Below are positions 27,205 to 37,814 of a DNA stretch of 64,000 bases, piece by piece. Below the pieces are notes generated by a model. It saw only the letters and a program-made list of their open reading frames with translations. It was not told where the DNA came from and searched no databases. The DNA is taken from positions 20,179 through 84,178 of the forward strand of contig SVAN01000001.1 in NCBI GenBank assembly GCA_015059375.1. Reading direction: 5' to 3'. A program made the translations under genes and the position numbers. Origin of the DNA: Bacillota bacterium (GTDB lineage Bacteria > Bacillota_I > Bacilli_A > RF39 > UBA660). Position 1 is the first letter of the stretch. Every line of letters begins with the position of its first letter.

Positions 27205-28302
27205 ATGTCGAAGATTGAACAAAAATCAGTATATATTCATGTGCCGTTTTGTAAAACGATTTGTTCTTATTGTGATTTTTGTAAATTTTATGCTAATGAA
27301 AAATGGATTTGGGACTATTTATCTTCTTTAGAAAAAGAAATTCAAGATCGGTACATGGATGAAGAAATTAAAACAATTTATATTGGTGGTGGCACTCCAA
27401 GTGTATTAGAAACTTCAGCTTTAAAGAAGCTATTTGATATAATTAAAAAATTTGACTTATCAGCAGATTATGAATTTACTTTTGAGTGCAATTTAAATGA
27501 TTTAAATGAAGATTTAATAAAAATTCTTTATGAAAATGGCGTAAATCGATTAAGTGTTGGAATTCAATCTTTTGATCATGATAATTTGGTTTTTTTAAAT
27601 CGTGAAGCTGATTATAATGATGCCAAGGAGAAAATAACTTTATGTCATCAGTTGGGAATTAATAATATTAATATTGATTTAATATATGCTTTACCTAACC
27701 AAACTATTGTATCTTTGAAAAAAGATCTCAAGAAAATGACTTGTTTAGATATTAACCATCTTAGTACATATAGTCTTATGATTGAAGATAATACCATGTT
27801 ATCGCATCAAAGAATCGTGCCAATTTCTGAAGAATTAGATGCTAAAATGTATAAATTTATTTGTTCTTATTTAAAAAAACGGGGTTTTAAACACTATGAA
27901 ATCAGTAATTTTGCTAAAGCTGGATATGAATCAAAACATAATTTAGTTTATTGGAATAATGAACAATATTATGGTTTTGGTCCTGGAGCAAGTGGATATT
28001 TAGATAACATAAGGTATGACAATACTCGAAGTTTAACAAGTTATATCAAAGGAAATCATATATTAAAAAAAGAAATTTTAGGACCTAAAGAAATTATGGA
28101 TTATGAGATAATTTTAGGACTTCGTAAAACTTCGGGAATTAATGTAAAGGCTTTTTATGATAAGTATCATGTTAATATTCAGAGTAAATATATGATTGAA
28201 GAATTGTTAGAATGTAAAGATTTAATTTATAAAAATGGGAATATATACATAAATCCAGATAAACTATATATAATGAATGAAATTTTACTCAAAATAATTT
28301 AA
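27205..28302 (+). CDS. hemW: radical-SAM heme chaperone HemW (HemN-like)
   Basis: CKTICSYCDFC radical-SAM CxxxCxxC plus an HemN C-terminal domain; follows lepA as in Bacillus. Confidence 0.85.
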   Translation: MSKIEQKSVYIHVPFCKTICSYCDFCKFYANEKWIWDYLSSLEKEIQDRYMDEEIKTIYIGGGTPSVLETSALKKLFDIIKKFDLSADYEFTFECNLNDLNEDLIKILYENGVNRLSVGIQSFDHDNLVFLNREADYNDAKEKITLCHQLGINNINIDLIYALPNQTIVSLKKDLKKMTCLDINHLSTYSLMIEDNTMLSHQRIVPISEELDAKMYKFICSYLKKRGFKHYEISNFAKAGYESKHNLVYWNNEQYYGFGPGASGYLDNIRYDNTRSLTSYIKGNHILKKEILGPKEIMDYEIILGLRKTSGINVKAFYDKYHVNIQSKYMIEELLECKDLIYKNGNIYINPDKLYIMNEILLKII

Positions 28303-28319
28303 TAAAAAGGAATGGTTAA

Positions 28320-28712
28320 ATGCTTAATAGTTTTGAGGTAGTAAATGGTATTATAGATCCCCTGTTTCAAAGTGACATTTATGAATACAACGTAACAGTG
28401 GATGAAAATGTAGTAACATTAATCCTTGATTATAAAGCAAGTGATGGAGCCGTAGTGACGGTTTATGGAAATGATTATCTTACAGAAGGAGAAAATCATG
28501 TTCTTATTGAAGTTTATGATGAAAAGTTAATTACTTATACATTAAATGTTTATAAAAATATATCTCAAGAAGCAAGTAATTTAATTGACACGTCACAAAA
28601 AGTTGAAATAAGAGCCGATTCGTGGTATCAAAACTTAATAACGCCAGGGATTGGTGTTTGTTGTTTTTTAACAATCGTAGTATTATTTAGTATTATCTTT
28701 CGTAAAAAATAA
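28320..28712 (+). CDS. cadherin-like beta-sandwich domain protein with C-terminal TM anchor
   Basis: LNSFEVVNGIIDPLFQSDIYEYNVTVDENVVTLILDYKASDGAVVTVYGNDYLTEGENHVLIEVYDEKLITYTLNVYK fits the cadherin-like beta-sandwich pattern; C-terminal GIGVCCFLTIVVLFSIIFRKK anchor. Confidence 0.4.
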   Translation: MLNSFEVVNGIIDPLFQSDIYEYNVTVDENVVTLILDYKASDGAVVTVYGNDYLTEGENHVLIEVYDEKLITYTLNVYKNISQEASNLIDTSQKVEIRADSWYQNLITPGIGVCCFLTIVVLFSIIFRKK

Positions 28713-28732
28713 TATTTTTATTATAAAGAGGG

Positions 28733-29329
28733 ATGTTAAATATGTATAAGTTAATTGCCCATCGTGGGGAAAAGAAAAGTAGCGAAGAAAATTCTTTAGC
28801 TGCTTTTTTTGATGCTATAAATGGTGAATATGTTGGTTTTGAGTGTGATGTAAGGATGACCAAAGACAAAAAATTTGTGATTTATCATGATGCTTTATTT
28901 AAAGGTAAATTAGTCAAAACTCTTGATTATGAAGTTTTCCAAAAAGAAAATATTGTTTTACTTGAGGATGTTCTTGGTATTCAAACGGAAAAAATTATGA
29001 TGATTGATATTAAAGATCCGTTTATCAACCTTGAGCTTTTTCAGAAAGTATTAGATAAATATCCAAACAAAAAAATCTTTGTAATGTCTTTTTATGATAA
29101 TGTGATTAGAAAACTTTTTGCTTTTAAAAGAACATATTATGTTGGAATTTTAAATTATGTTTTAAATACTGAGACTAAGCATTTTGACTATGATTTTTTA
29201 TGTGTGTTAAATGCTATATTAAATTCAAAAATTATACATGATTATCAAACTAGAAACAAAAAATTATTTGTTTACGGAGTAAAAAAAGAAGATATTATTG
29301 ACTCATATCCATATTATATTGTGGATTAA
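28733..29329 (+). CDS. glycerophosphodiester phosphodiesterase family protein
   Basis: N-terminal GDPD motif IAHRGE…ENSLAAF…GFECDV…. Confidence 0.6.
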   Translation: MLNMYKLIAHRGEKKSSEENSLAAFFDAINGEYVGFECDVRMTKDKKFVIYHDALFKGKLVKTLDYEVFQKENIVLLEDVLGIQTEKIMMIDIKDPFINLELFQKVLDKYPNKKIFVMSFYDNVIRKLFAFKRTYYVGILNYVLNTETKHFDYDFLCVLNAILNSKIIHDYQTRNKKLFVYGVKKEDIIDSYPYYIVD

Positions 29330-29398
29330 TGTCAAAACTATGGCTTATAATTGTAAAAATTAAGCGGTTTGCGATATAATTAAACTAGGTGATATAAA

Positions 29399-30487
29399 TT
29401 GAAGATTATTATCAGCGCTGGTGGAACCGGAGGACATATTTATCCGGCCATTGGCATTATTAATAAATTTAAAGAAAAAGAGAAAAACTTAGAGGTTTTA
29501 TATATTGGAACACATAATCGAATGGAAAAAGATATTATTCCAGCATTAAATATTCCTTATGAAGCAATTGAAATATATGGTTTTAGTAAAACTCAGATTT
29601 TTCGCGATATTAAAGATATCTTTTTGATAAAAAAAGCTTATGATAAATGTAAAAGAATAATGCAAGAATTTAAACCTGATGTTGTAATTGGGGTAGGCGG
29701 TTATGTAACAATGCCCGTTATTGCAGCCGCAAAATCACTAGAGATTCCTACTGTCATTCATGAACAGAATAGTATTCCTGGAAAGACAAATAAGTTTCTA
29801 AGTAAGAATATTGATTTAGCTTGTGTTTCTTATGAAAATAGTACTAAATATTTTTCTGCAGCTAAAAAGGTGGTTTATACAGGAAATCCTTGTGGAGAAA
29901 ATGCTTTAACAACTAAAAAAATAGCTAAAGAAACATTAGGTTTAAAAAAGGATAAAAAACTTCTTTTAATGGTTGCAGGATCATTAGGTAGTGAAACAAT
30001 TAATAATTATTTTACTAAGTTTTTGTCGTTAATTAATGAGACTGATAATTTTGAAGTAGTATATATTACAGGTAAAAGCTATTATGAAGACTTTGTTAAG
30101 GGGAAATCGTTTTCGAGTAGTGTTAAAGTTTTGCCTTTTTTAGATAATCTTTCGGGATTATTTGGTGATGTTGATTTGATTATCTCAAGAGCAGGAGCGG
30201 GTACTATTTCGGAAATTTTAGCGATGGAGATTCCTAGTATTTTAATTCCTTCACCATATGTGGCAAATAATCATCAATATTATAATGCTCTTGATTTAAA
30301 AAATAAAAACGTTAGTATTTTGCTAGAAGAAAAAGATTTAAATGCTGAAGATTTATATAAAAAAGTTTGTAATTTAATGAAAAAGGAAAATAATGAGTAT
30401 CAGATGATGAAAGAAAACCTTTCTAAGTTAGATATGAAACATGCTAGTACACTAGTGTACGAAAGTATTAAGGAGATTTTAAAATGA
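29399..30487 (+). CDS. murG: undecaprenyldiphospho-muramoylpentapeptide beta-N-acetylglucosaminyltransferase MurG
   Basis: IIISAGGTGGHIYPA N-terminus; C-terminal …ISRAGAGTISE… GT28 motif. Confidence 0.85.
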   Translation: MKIIISAGGTGGHIYPAIGIINKFKEKEKNLEVLYIGTHNRMEKDIIPALNIPYEAIEIYGFSKTQIFRDIKDIFLIKKAYDKCKRIMQEFKPDVVIGVGGYVTMPVIAAAKSLEIPTVIHEQNSIPGKTNKFLSKNIDLACVSYENSTKYFSAAKKVVYTGNPCGENALTTKKIAKETLGLKKDKKLLLMVAGSLGSETINNYFTKFLSLINETDNFEVVYITGKSYYEDFVKGKSFSSSVKVLPFLDNLSGLFGDVDLIISRAGAGTISEILAMEIPSILIPSPYVANNHQYYNALDLKNKNVSILLEEKDLNAEDLYKKVCNLMKKENNEYQMMKENLSKLDMKHASTLVYESIKEILK

Positions 30488-31362
30488 ATCAGTTTGGTGA
30501 AGTTTTTGAAAATGAAGAATTAAAAAAATATACAACGCTTGGAATTGGTGGCGTTACTAGATATTTAGTTAAACCATATGATGAAAAGAATTTATGCAGT
30601 CTTATAAAATATCTAAGAGAAAATCAAATTAATTATTACATTTTGGGCAATGGATCAAATGTTATCCTTGATGATAATTTTTTTGATGGAGTAATAATTC
30701 GGTTAGATAATTTAAAAGATATTTATTTTGATGGTAATGAGGTTACTGTAAGTGCGGGTGTAATGTTACCTATGCTAGTTAATGTTTGTTTGCAAAAATC
30801 ATTTGTATCGTTAGCTTTTGCTTCGATGATTCCTGGTACAGTAGGCGGAAGTGTTGTAGGAAATGCTGGAGCCTATGGCCATGAGATTATGGAGTATGTA
30901 AAAGCAGTAACTGTCCTTGATGAGGATGGTAATATTAAAGTTTTAAATAAGGATCAAATTTCTTTCGGATATCGATACACAACTTTAAAGGATAAATATA
31001 TTATATTAAATGTAACATTTATTTTAGAGCTTGGCGATCCAATTAAAGAATTAAATGAGATTCGTGAAAGAAATGAAAAAAGAATTACAACGCAACCAAT
31101 TGAAAAGAAAAATGTTGGAAGCATTTTTCGAAATCCAGAAAATTTATCAGCGGGAAAATTAATTGAGGATTTGGGATTAAAAGGATATCAAATAGGGGGA
31201 GCAAAGATAAGTGAAAAACATGCAAATTTTATTGTTAATGAGAATAATGCAACCTTTAATGATGTTGTAAGTTTAATTAACCTAATTAAAAAACAAATTA
31301 AGGAAAAATATGATATTAACCTAGTCGCAGAACCAACAATTATTAAATGGGAAGAAATATGA
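30484..31362 (+). CDS. murB: UDP-N-acetylenolpyruvoylglucosamine reductase MurB
   Basis: FAD-binding …GIGGVTRYLV…ILGNGSN…; …GSIFRNPE…; murG-murB-divIB order. Confidence 0.85.
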   Translation: MNQFGEVFENEELKKYTTLGIGGVTRYLVKPYDEKNLCSLIKYLRENQINYYILGNGSNVILDDNFFDGVIIRLDNLKDIYFDGNEVTVSAGVMLPMLVNVCLQKSFVSLAFASMIPGTVGGSVVGNAGAYGHEIMEYVKAVTVLDEDGNIKVLNKDQISFGYRYTTLKDKYIILNVTFILELGDPIKELNEIRERNEKRITTQPIEKKNVGSIFRNPENLSAGKLIEDLGLKGYQIGGAKISEKHANFIVNENNATFNDVVSLINLIKKQIKEKYDINLVAEPTIIKWEEI

Positions 31363-32108
31363 AACAAACAAAGAAGAAGAAAAGACTGAGAATTAGTGGC
31401 TTAATTTTACTTTTGTTAGTCATCTACATAATAGCTATGTCTGGGTATTATCTTTTTACAATGCCTATTAAACGCATTGTTGTTAAAGGTAATTATTTAG
31501 TAAAGGAAAAAGAAATTATTGCTAAAGCAGACATTAATGTAAAATCATCGGTATTTAAAGCTAGTTCTTCTTCGATAAAAAAAAGAGTAAATAAAATTGC
31601 TTTAATATCTAAGACGAAAATTAAAAAAAGTATTTTAGGAACAATTACAATAACAGTTGAAGAAAATAAGATTCTATTTTATAATGTTTTAACTGGAAAG
31701 GTTCATTTGTCAGATGGTTCTACAATGGATGAAACAAATCTGTATTTAGGCTATCCTACTTTAGTAAATTATGTTCCTAGTGACATAATGGATGAATTTA
31801 TTGAGGGGTTAAATAAAATTGATAGTGACATCGTATCTATGATTAGTGAAATTGAGTATAGTCCAGATAAATATAATGATGTTATCATTGATGATGAACG
31901 GTTCTTGCTTCGCATGAATGATGGAAATATTGTTTATATAAATATTGTTAATATTGAAAAATTAAATAAGTATCAAACAATTTTTGCAAGTGTTGGTACC
32001 GGAGGCATTTTATATTTAGATAGCAGTAGTAAAAATTATATTTTTGATAAGGATGGCATTGTCAATGAAGATGTGCCAAAGGAAGATGAAAATGAAGACG
32101 AATTATAA
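31347..32108 (+). CDS. divIB: cell division protein DivIB/FtsQ (POTRA domain)
   Basis: Basic N-terminus, single TM (LILLLLVIYIIAMSGYYLF), then a POTRA-like …IKRIVVKGNYLVKEKEI… domain. Confidence 0.7.
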   Translation: MGRNMKQTKKKKRLRISGLILLLLVIYIIAMSGYYLFTMPIKRIVVKGNYLVKEKEIIAKADINVKSSVFKASSSSIKKRVNKIALISKTKIKKSILGTITITVEENKILFYNVLTGKVHLSDGSTMDETNLYLGYPTLVNYVPSDIMDEFIEGLNKIDSDIVSMISEIEYSPDKYNDVIIDDERFLLRMNDGNIVYINIVNIEKLNKYQTIFASVGTGGILYLDSSSKNYIFDKDGIVNEDVPKEDENEDEL

Positions 32109-32709
32109 TCTTTTAATGAAAGAAATTATCGATGGCTGTTCGAAAGAAAAGGTTCCCAAAATATTGCTCCATTCTTGTTGCGGTCCGTGTTCTACGGAAG
32201 TTATTTCGAGACTAACTCCTTATTTTGATATTACAATTTTTTATTATAATCCTAATATTGAACCGCAGGCAGAGTATGTTAAAAGAAAAAAAGAACAAAT
32301 TCGTTTTCTTAATGAATATCAATCGGTTAATAAGTTGGATTTTTTAGATTGTGATTATGAAAATGAAGCCTTTTTAGATATTGCAAAGGGTTTAGAGACG
32401 GAGCCCGAAGGTGGAAGTAGGTGCCATCGATGTTATGAATTAAGATTAACTAAAACTGCTCTAGCAGCTAAAAACGCAGGGTTTGATTTTTTTGGAACTA
32501 CGTTAACAGTGAGCCCCTATAAAAATTCGACTATAATCAATCAAATTGGCGACAAGATTGCTACAAAATATGAGATCAATTATTTATACAGTGATTTTAA
32601 AAAAGAAGATGGGTACAAAAAATCAATTGAGTATTCACAGAAATATAATTTATATCGTCAAAATTATTGTGGATGTCATTTTAGCCACGTAATTGGAATT
32701 GAAGAATAA
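32086..32709 (+). CDS. queH: epoxyqueuosine reductase QueH (DUF208). Start taken at the in-frame ATG after GGAAG
   Basis: ILLHSCCGPCS Fe-S motif characteristic of QueH; …CGCHFS… at the C-terminus. Confidence 0.75.
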   Translation: MKMKTNYNLLMKEIIDGCSKEKVPKILLHSCCGPCSTEVISRLTPYFDITIFYYNPNIEPQAEYVKRKKEQIRFLNEYQSVNKLDFLDCDYENEAFLDIAKGLETEPEGGSRCHRCYELRLTKTALAAKNAGFDFFGTTLTVSPYKNSTIINQIGDKIATKYEINYLYSDFKKEDGYKKSIEYSQKYNLYRQNYCGCHFSHVIGIEE

Positions 32710-32861
32710 AATACTTGTGTAAGCAAGTGTTTTTTGATACAATACTTTTGGCAATGAAATTGCAAATAAACATTAATGTGGACTAATGTCTTCGAGTGCC
32801 CGAAGAGGGTGAAGAGTTAGGGTGAAGCATTAAGGTGAATTAACGAAGGAGGGAAAATTTT

Positions 32862-33815
32862 ATGGCCGTAGTTTCAATGAGTTATTTATTGGAAGCTGGA
32901 GTTCATTTTGGTCATCAAACAAAAAGATGGAATCCAAAAATGAAAGAGTATATTTTTAATTCAAGAGATGATATTTATATTATCGACCTTGAAAAAACAC
33001 AAAGTTTGTTAGAAGAAGCTTATAATGAAATTAAGACAATCGCTACAAACGGAGGAAAGTTCTTATTTGTAGGAACTAAGAAACAATCAGGAGAAGTATG
33101 TGTAGAAGAAGCTTTAAGAAGTAATTCTTACTATGTAACTGAAAGATGGTTAGGTGGAACTCTTACTAATTTTAGAACAATTAGAAGAAGAGTAAAAAGA
33201 TTAGAAGAAATCGAAGAAATGGAAGCAAATGGTACATTTGACGTATTACCTAAAAAAGAAGTAATTGGTATTAAGAAAGAATATGAAAAATTAAATCGTT
33301 TACTTTGCGGTATTAGAGATATGGCTAAATTACCTCAAGCTTTAATTATTGTTGACCCTAAGAAAGAATACAACGCAATTAAAGAAGCTAGAAAGTTACG
33401 TATTCCAGTATTTGGCGTAGTAGACACTAATGGGGACCCAGATGATGTAGATTTTGTTATTCCTGGTAATGATGATGCGGTAAGAAGTATCAAAGTATTA
33501 TTAGGTGTAATTACTAATGCTATTTGTGAAGCCAATGGTTTAGAAATGGTAGATTACGTTTCCGAAGATGATAAAAATAAAACTAAAGAAAAAGAATCAA
33601 TGGAAGAATTAATCAAAGGCGAAGTTGTTGATAAAAATGCTAAGGCTGAAAAAGCTAATGATGTTTATACAGTAACAGATATCGTTGAAGATGAAACAGA
33701 AGAAGTTGATTTAAGTGCTAAAACTTTGTCTGAATTAAAGGCAATGGCAAAAGAAAAAGGCGTTAAAGGTTATTCTACTATGAAAAAAGAAGACCTAATT
33801 AATGCAGTAAAGTAG
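32862..33815 (+). CDS. rpsB: 30S ribosomal protein S2 with ~80 aa acidic C-terminal extension ending in a SAP/Rho_N-like helix-extended-helix motif
   Basis: [27 protein letters not shown]… S2 core to ~aa 235, then an acidic linker and …[29 protein letters not shown]. Confidence 0.9.
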   Translation: MAVVSMSYLLEAGVHFGHQTKRWNPKMKEYIFNSRDDIYIIDLEKTQSLLEEAYNEIKTIATNGGKFLFVGTKKQSGEVCVEEALRSNSYYVTERWLGGTLTNFRTIRRRVKRLEEIEEMEANGTFDVLPKKEVIGIKKEYEKLNRLLCGIRDMAKLPQALIIVDPKKEYNAIKEARKLRIPVFGVVDTNGDPDDVDFVIPGNDDAVRSIKVLLGVITNAICEANGLEMVDYVSEDDKNKTKEKESMEELIKGEVVDKNAKAEKANDVYTVTDIVEDETEEVDLSAKTLSELKAMAKEKGVKGYSTMKKEDLINAVK

Positions 33816-33822
33816 GTGTAAC

Positions 33823-34701
33823 ATGGAAATAACTGCGAGTTTAGTAAAGGAATTAAGAGAAGTTACAGGCGCTGGAATGATGGATTGTAAAAAAGCATTA
33901 AGTGAATGTAATGGAAATATGGATGAAGCTGTTAACTGGTTAAGAGAAAAAGGAATTGCTAAATCTGCTAAAAAAGAAAGTCGTATTGCAGCTGAAGGCC
34001 TTGCTAATATTTATGTTGATGGTAATAATGCTGTTATTGTTGAAGTAAATAGTGAAACTGACTTTGTTAGTAAAAATGAAGAATTTAGAGCTATGATCGA
34101 TACAATTGGTAATACAATTTTAGCTTCAAATGCTACTACAGTTGAAGATGCAAACGCATTAGCTTGTGAAGAAGGAACTATTGCTGACTTAGTAATTGCC
34201 AAAACAGCAAAAATTGGTGAAAAATTATCATTAAGAAGATTTGTAAAAGTTACGAAAGAAGATAATGATAACTTTGGTGCTTACATTCATATGGGTGGTA
34301 AAATTGCAGTTTTAACTGTTATTAAAAATGCATCAGAAGAAGTTGCTAAAGAAGTAGCAATGCAAGCTGCTGCAATGAAACCATTATATGTGTTTGCTGA
34401 AGATGTTCCTGCTGATGTTCTTGATGCTGAAAGACAAGTTCAAAAGGAAATTGCTATTAATGAAGGAAAACCTGCAGATATTGCTGAAAAAATGGTTGAA
34501 GGAAGAATAAAAAAATATTATAAAGAAATTTGCCTTGCAGAACAACCATTTATCAAAGATGGTGACATTTCTGTAAGTAAATATGTAGCTAACAATGGTG
34601 GAGAAATAAAATCAATGGTTCGTTATGAAGTAGGCGAAGGTATGGAAAAAAGAAATGATAACTTTGCTGAAGAAGTAATGAATCAAATTAATGGAAAATA
34701 A
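33823..34701 (+). CDS. tsf: elongation factor Ts
   Basis: MEITASLVKELREVTGAGMMDCKKAL… (UBA-like N-terminus); rpsB-tsf pair. Confidence 0.9.
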   Translation: MEITASLVKELREVTGAGMMDCKKALSECNGNMDEAVNWLREKGIAKSAKKESRIAAEGLANIYVDGNNAVIVEVNSETDFVSKNEEFRAMIDTIGNTILASNATTVEDANALACEEGTIADLVIAKTAKIGEKLSLRRFVKVTKEDNDNFGAYIHMGGKIAVLTVIKNASEEVAKEVAMQAAAMKPLYVFAEDVPADVLDAERQVQKEIAINEGKPADIAEKMVEGRIKKYYKEICLAEQPFIKDGDISVSKYVANNGGEIKSMVRYEVGEGMEKRNDNFAEEVMNQINGK

Positions 34702-34778
34702 TTAATAAAATTGACACTCGATTATTAGGGTGTCTTTTTTTTGCTAACAATATATGTTAAAATTATAATGGTGAACAA

Positions 34779-35387
34779 ATGAAGAAAAATAAGATTTGGA
34801 TATTTAAAAGTAAAAGTGAAATGATTTTTTCAATTATCTTTTTCATTTTATTTATGATTGGTTTTATTTATTTTGGAAAAAAAGATTATAGCGTGAATCA
34901 AATAAGTGATAGTGATAAATTTGTTAGTGAACATAAAGAAGTTGTAAAAGACAATGTTTTTACCTATATCAATGTCGCAGATGCCTATAATTATGTAAGA
35001 AAAGATGATGTTTTGCTTCTTATTGGAATAAAAAATAGTAATTGGGTTGGTTATTATGCAAACATTTTAAATGAAGTGGCCAAGGAAGTCGGGATTACAC
35101 AAATTTATTATTATGATATTACTGAAGATCGCCAAGAAGCCAACGGTACTTATGAAAGTATTGTTCAGTATTTAAAAAATTATATTTCTTACTTGGATGA
35201 CGGGAAAATGAACTTATATGGACCGACAATGGTAATTAAAAAGAATGGAATAATTACGATGTTTGATGACGAAACGGCAATAATCAAAGGGAATATTACA
35301 GCTGAAGAGTATTGGTCAAATTATCAAACTGGATTGAAAAAAAACACATTAAAAATAGCTTTAGAAGACTATTTAAGGAAGGAATAA
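34779..35387 (+). CDS. membrane-anchored thioredoxin-fold protein, CxxC lost (paralog 1)
   Basis: N-terminal TM then a Trx-like domain. The position of CxxC is occupied by SNWVG; the conserved cis-Pro region is …GPTMVIKKNG…. Confidence 0.35.
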   Translation: MKKNKIWIFKSKSEMIFSIIFFILFMIGFIYFGKKDYSVNQISDSDKFVSEHKEVVKDNVFTYINVADAYNYVRKDDVLLLIGIKNSNWVGYYANILNEVAKEVGITQIYYYDITEDRQEANGTYESIVQYLKNYISYLDDGKMNLYGPTMVIKKNGIITMFDDETAIIKGNITAEEYWSNYQTGLKKNTLKIALEDYLRKE

Positions 35388-35388
35388 A

Positions 35389-36132
35389 ATGGAAAAAGGT
35401 GCCGGTATTAAGGCTTGGTTGTTTACAATTGTTCTTATTACATTTATTGTGGGAGGATATTATTTGATGAATCAGAGTATTAGAAAACTCGAGGAAGAAT
35501 CATCAAATAATAATCTAGTTTCTGAAGATACTAACCAAGATATAAAATTGGATAAGACAAAAGATTATATTTATTATACTGATAGTGAAGAAATTGTTCA
35601 TGAATTAGATTTAATATATAAAAATGTTAATTTAAATTTTCAAGATAAGCAGGGAGTAGCTAAGGTACTAAATGATGAAACTATTGAATTAAAACAAACT
35701 TTAACCTACGATAAAACAGTTGAAGATGCTCCTTATGATAATTTAATAAGTGCTCAATATAAAATATATACAACGTTCACATATGATAAATATATTTCTT
35801 TGATCGTCGATTATTATGAATATCACTATGAAACGTTAGTGACGGCAAAAAAAAGTAAAACTTATATTTTTGATAAAACAACTGGAAATCTGCTCAATAG
35901 TAATCAATTATTAGATGATTATGATTTAACTGAGGAAAATATTCGAACAAAAATTGCTAATCATCTTGCTGATGAGGACATTGCCAAAGAAGGAGAAGTA
36001 TTAGATATCGAATCAACTTTAGCAGAAATTACTGAACTGAATTTGTTTGTTGATAAAATTGGTCGTTTATCAATAACTATTCTTGTAAAAAGTGACCAAA
36101 AAGATTATAATGAAGTTATAATATTGAATTAA
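35389..36132 (+). CDS. membrane-anchored extracytoplasmic protein of unknown function (possibly DUF4163/DUF3298-like)
   Basis: Single N-terminal TM. No catalytic motifs recognised. Start ATG overlaps the upstream stop (TAAAATG). Confidence 0.25.
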   Translation: MEKGAGIKAWLFTIVLITFIVGGYYLMNQSIRKLEEESSNNNLVSEDTNQDIKLDKTKDYIYYTDSEEIVHELDLIYKNVNLNFQDKQGVAKVLNDETIELKQTLTYDKTVEDAPYDNLISAQYKIYTTFTYDKYISLIVDYYEYHYETLVTAKKSKTYIFDKTTGNLLNSNQLLDDYDLTEENIRTKIANHLADEDIAKEGEVLDIESTLAEITELNLFVDKIGRLSITILVKSDQKDYNEVIILN

Positions 36133-36142
36133 GGAGAAATAC

Positions 36143-36670
36143 ATGGATACTGATAATAAAATGAAAAAGGCTTTAGAAAATGTAGTGACAAGATTAACAA
36201 CAATAAGAGCCGGACGTGCAAATCCAGCATTAGTAAATGGAATTATGGTGGAATATTATGGTGTAGCTACTCCGTTACAAAGTTTAGCTAACATCACTTC
36301 GCCGGAAGCAAGACAATTGCTTATTAAACCATTTGATCGTAGTTGTGTAAAAGACATTGAAAAAGCAATACAAGAAGCAAATATTGGCATTAATCCTACG
36401 AATAATGGTGAAATGGTTATTTTGACGATTCCCGAACTTACAGAAGAACGTCGTCGGGAGTATGTTAAATTAGCTAAGAATATTGGCGAGGAAGGTAAAG
36501 TAGCGTTAAGAAATATTCGTCAAGAAGCAAAAGAAGAAATAACTGCTGCAAAATATCCTGAGGATGAAGAAAAATTATATATTGAAGATTTGCAAGAACA
36601 AATTGATAAATATAATAAGTTAATTGATGAAGAAATAAAGAAAAAAGAAACTGAATTAATGGAAATATAA
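36143..36670 (+). CDS. frr: ribosome recycling factor
   Basis: …TRLTTIRAGRANPALVNGIMVEYYG…LTIPELTEERRREYVK…. Confidence 0.9.
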   Translation: MDTDNKMKKALENVVTRLTTIRAGRANPALVNGIMVEYYGVATPLQSLANITSPEARQLLIKPFDRSCVKDIEKAIQEANIGINPTNNGEMVILTIPELTEERRREYVKLAKNIGEEGKVALRNIRQEAKEEITAAKYPEDEEKLYIEDLQEQIDKYNKLIDEEIKKKETELMEI

Positions 36671-36671
36671 G

Positions 36672-37196
36672 ATGAATAAGTTGTCGAAAATCTTATTAGC
36701 AATTATTTTGGGTCTACTTATATTAATGCTATTAATAATAAGCAGTAAAGATAGTTCAAATAAACCAGTTGATTATGATATATCGATGATGAGAGAAGTA
36801 ACAGTTCATGATGTTTTGGAAATGTTTTCTAGCAAAGAAACATATGTATTGTATGTTGGGCGTAAAAGCTGTAGTGTTTGTGTTAAAATACTACCTGCTT
36901 TGAAAGAAGCTCAGATAAAAAATAACTATATAACTCAATATTTAGATATTGAAAAAGTTGATCGAACTTCAGATGAATGGTATGAATTAAAAGCTAAATT
37001 AACGATGAAATCAACACAAACATTGACGGAAGATGGCAGTGGGGAAGAGATTACTGAAACATATGGGTATTTCCTTCATGAATATGGCTTTACACCAACG
37101 GTAATGGTTATTAAAAATGGCAAGCAAGTAGCAGGTCTTATTGGCGGTGCCGAAAAAAATCTCTTGGTAGACTGGTTAAGCAATAAAGTAAATTAA
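36672..37196 (+). CDS. membrane-anchored thioredoxin-family protein with intact CxxC (CSVC), bacteriocin-transport-accessory/thiol-disulfide oxidoreductase-like (paralog 2)
   Basis: N-terminal TM; …YVLYVGRKSCSVCVKILP… with cis-Pro context …TPTVMVIKNG…. Confidence 0.5.
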   Translation: MNKLSKILLAIILGLLILMLLIISSKDSSNKPVDYDISMMREVTVHDVLEMFSSKETYVLYVGRKSCSVCVKILPALKEAQIKNNYITQYLDIEKVDRTSDEWYELKAKLTMKSTQTLTEDGSGEEITETYGYFLHEYGFTPTVMVIKNGKQVAGLIGGAEKNLLVDWLSNKVN

Positions 37197-37270
37197 ATAT
37201 CAATCCTAGATTGGTATTTTTTTCTTGTTTTTAACCCCAAAAAAGATTTTGAGTAATTCAAAATCTTTTT
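37197..37270. terminator. bidirectional terminator
   Basis: AAAAAAGATTTTGA-gtaattc-AAAATCTTTTTT between convergent genes. Confidence 0.5.
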
Positions 37271-37795
37271 TTATGATTGTTCAATAAAATCAGTTCCTTT
37301 GTGCGGTTCATCAAAAAGAAGGTTAGGGTATCCCTGTTGTCTAAGGGCTTCATAAGTTACAATGGCAACACAATTGGATAAGTTAAGCGCTCTAACATTT
37401 GCAGTCATTGGTATGCGCATGCAATGATCTAAGTGTGGCTTCAGAAGTTCGGGAGGAATTCCTGTACTTTCTTTTCCAAAGATAAAGAATAAATTTTCTT
37501 CGCTATCTGAATAATCAAATGAATCGTGTGGTTTATGGCCATAGCGAGTAAAATAATAAAACGTTCCTTGATTTTTACTATAAAAGTCTTCGATATTATC
37601 GTAAACTATATATTCACACTTATCAATGTAGTTAACTCCACATCTTTTTACAGTTTTGTCATCAAGTTTAAATCCTAAAGGTTTAATTAAATGCAACTTA
37701 GCATTACTAGCGATGCATGTTCGCATAATATTTCCTGTATTTTGAGGAATTTCTGGTTCAAATAAAACAATATTTATCATAATTCTAATCTCCAT
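37271..37795 (-). CDS. trmL: tRNA (cytidine/uridine-2'-O)-methyltransferase TrmL (SpoU/TrmH family)
   Basis: …IVLFEPEIPQNTGNIMRTC…; …FIFGKESTGIP…; …LNLSNCVAI… SPOUT knot motifs. Confidence 0.8.
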   Translation of the reverse strand: MEIRIMINIVLFEPEIPQNTGNIMRTCIASNAKLHLIKPLGFKLDDKTVKRCGVNYIDKCEYIVYDNIEDFYSKNQGTFYYFTRYGHKPHDSFDYSDSEENLFFIFGKESTGIPPELLKPHLDHCMRIPMTANVRALNLSNCVAIVTYEALRQQGYPNLLFDEPHKGTDFIEQS

Positions 37796-37814
37796 TTAAA
37801 AAGCCATTACTGGC

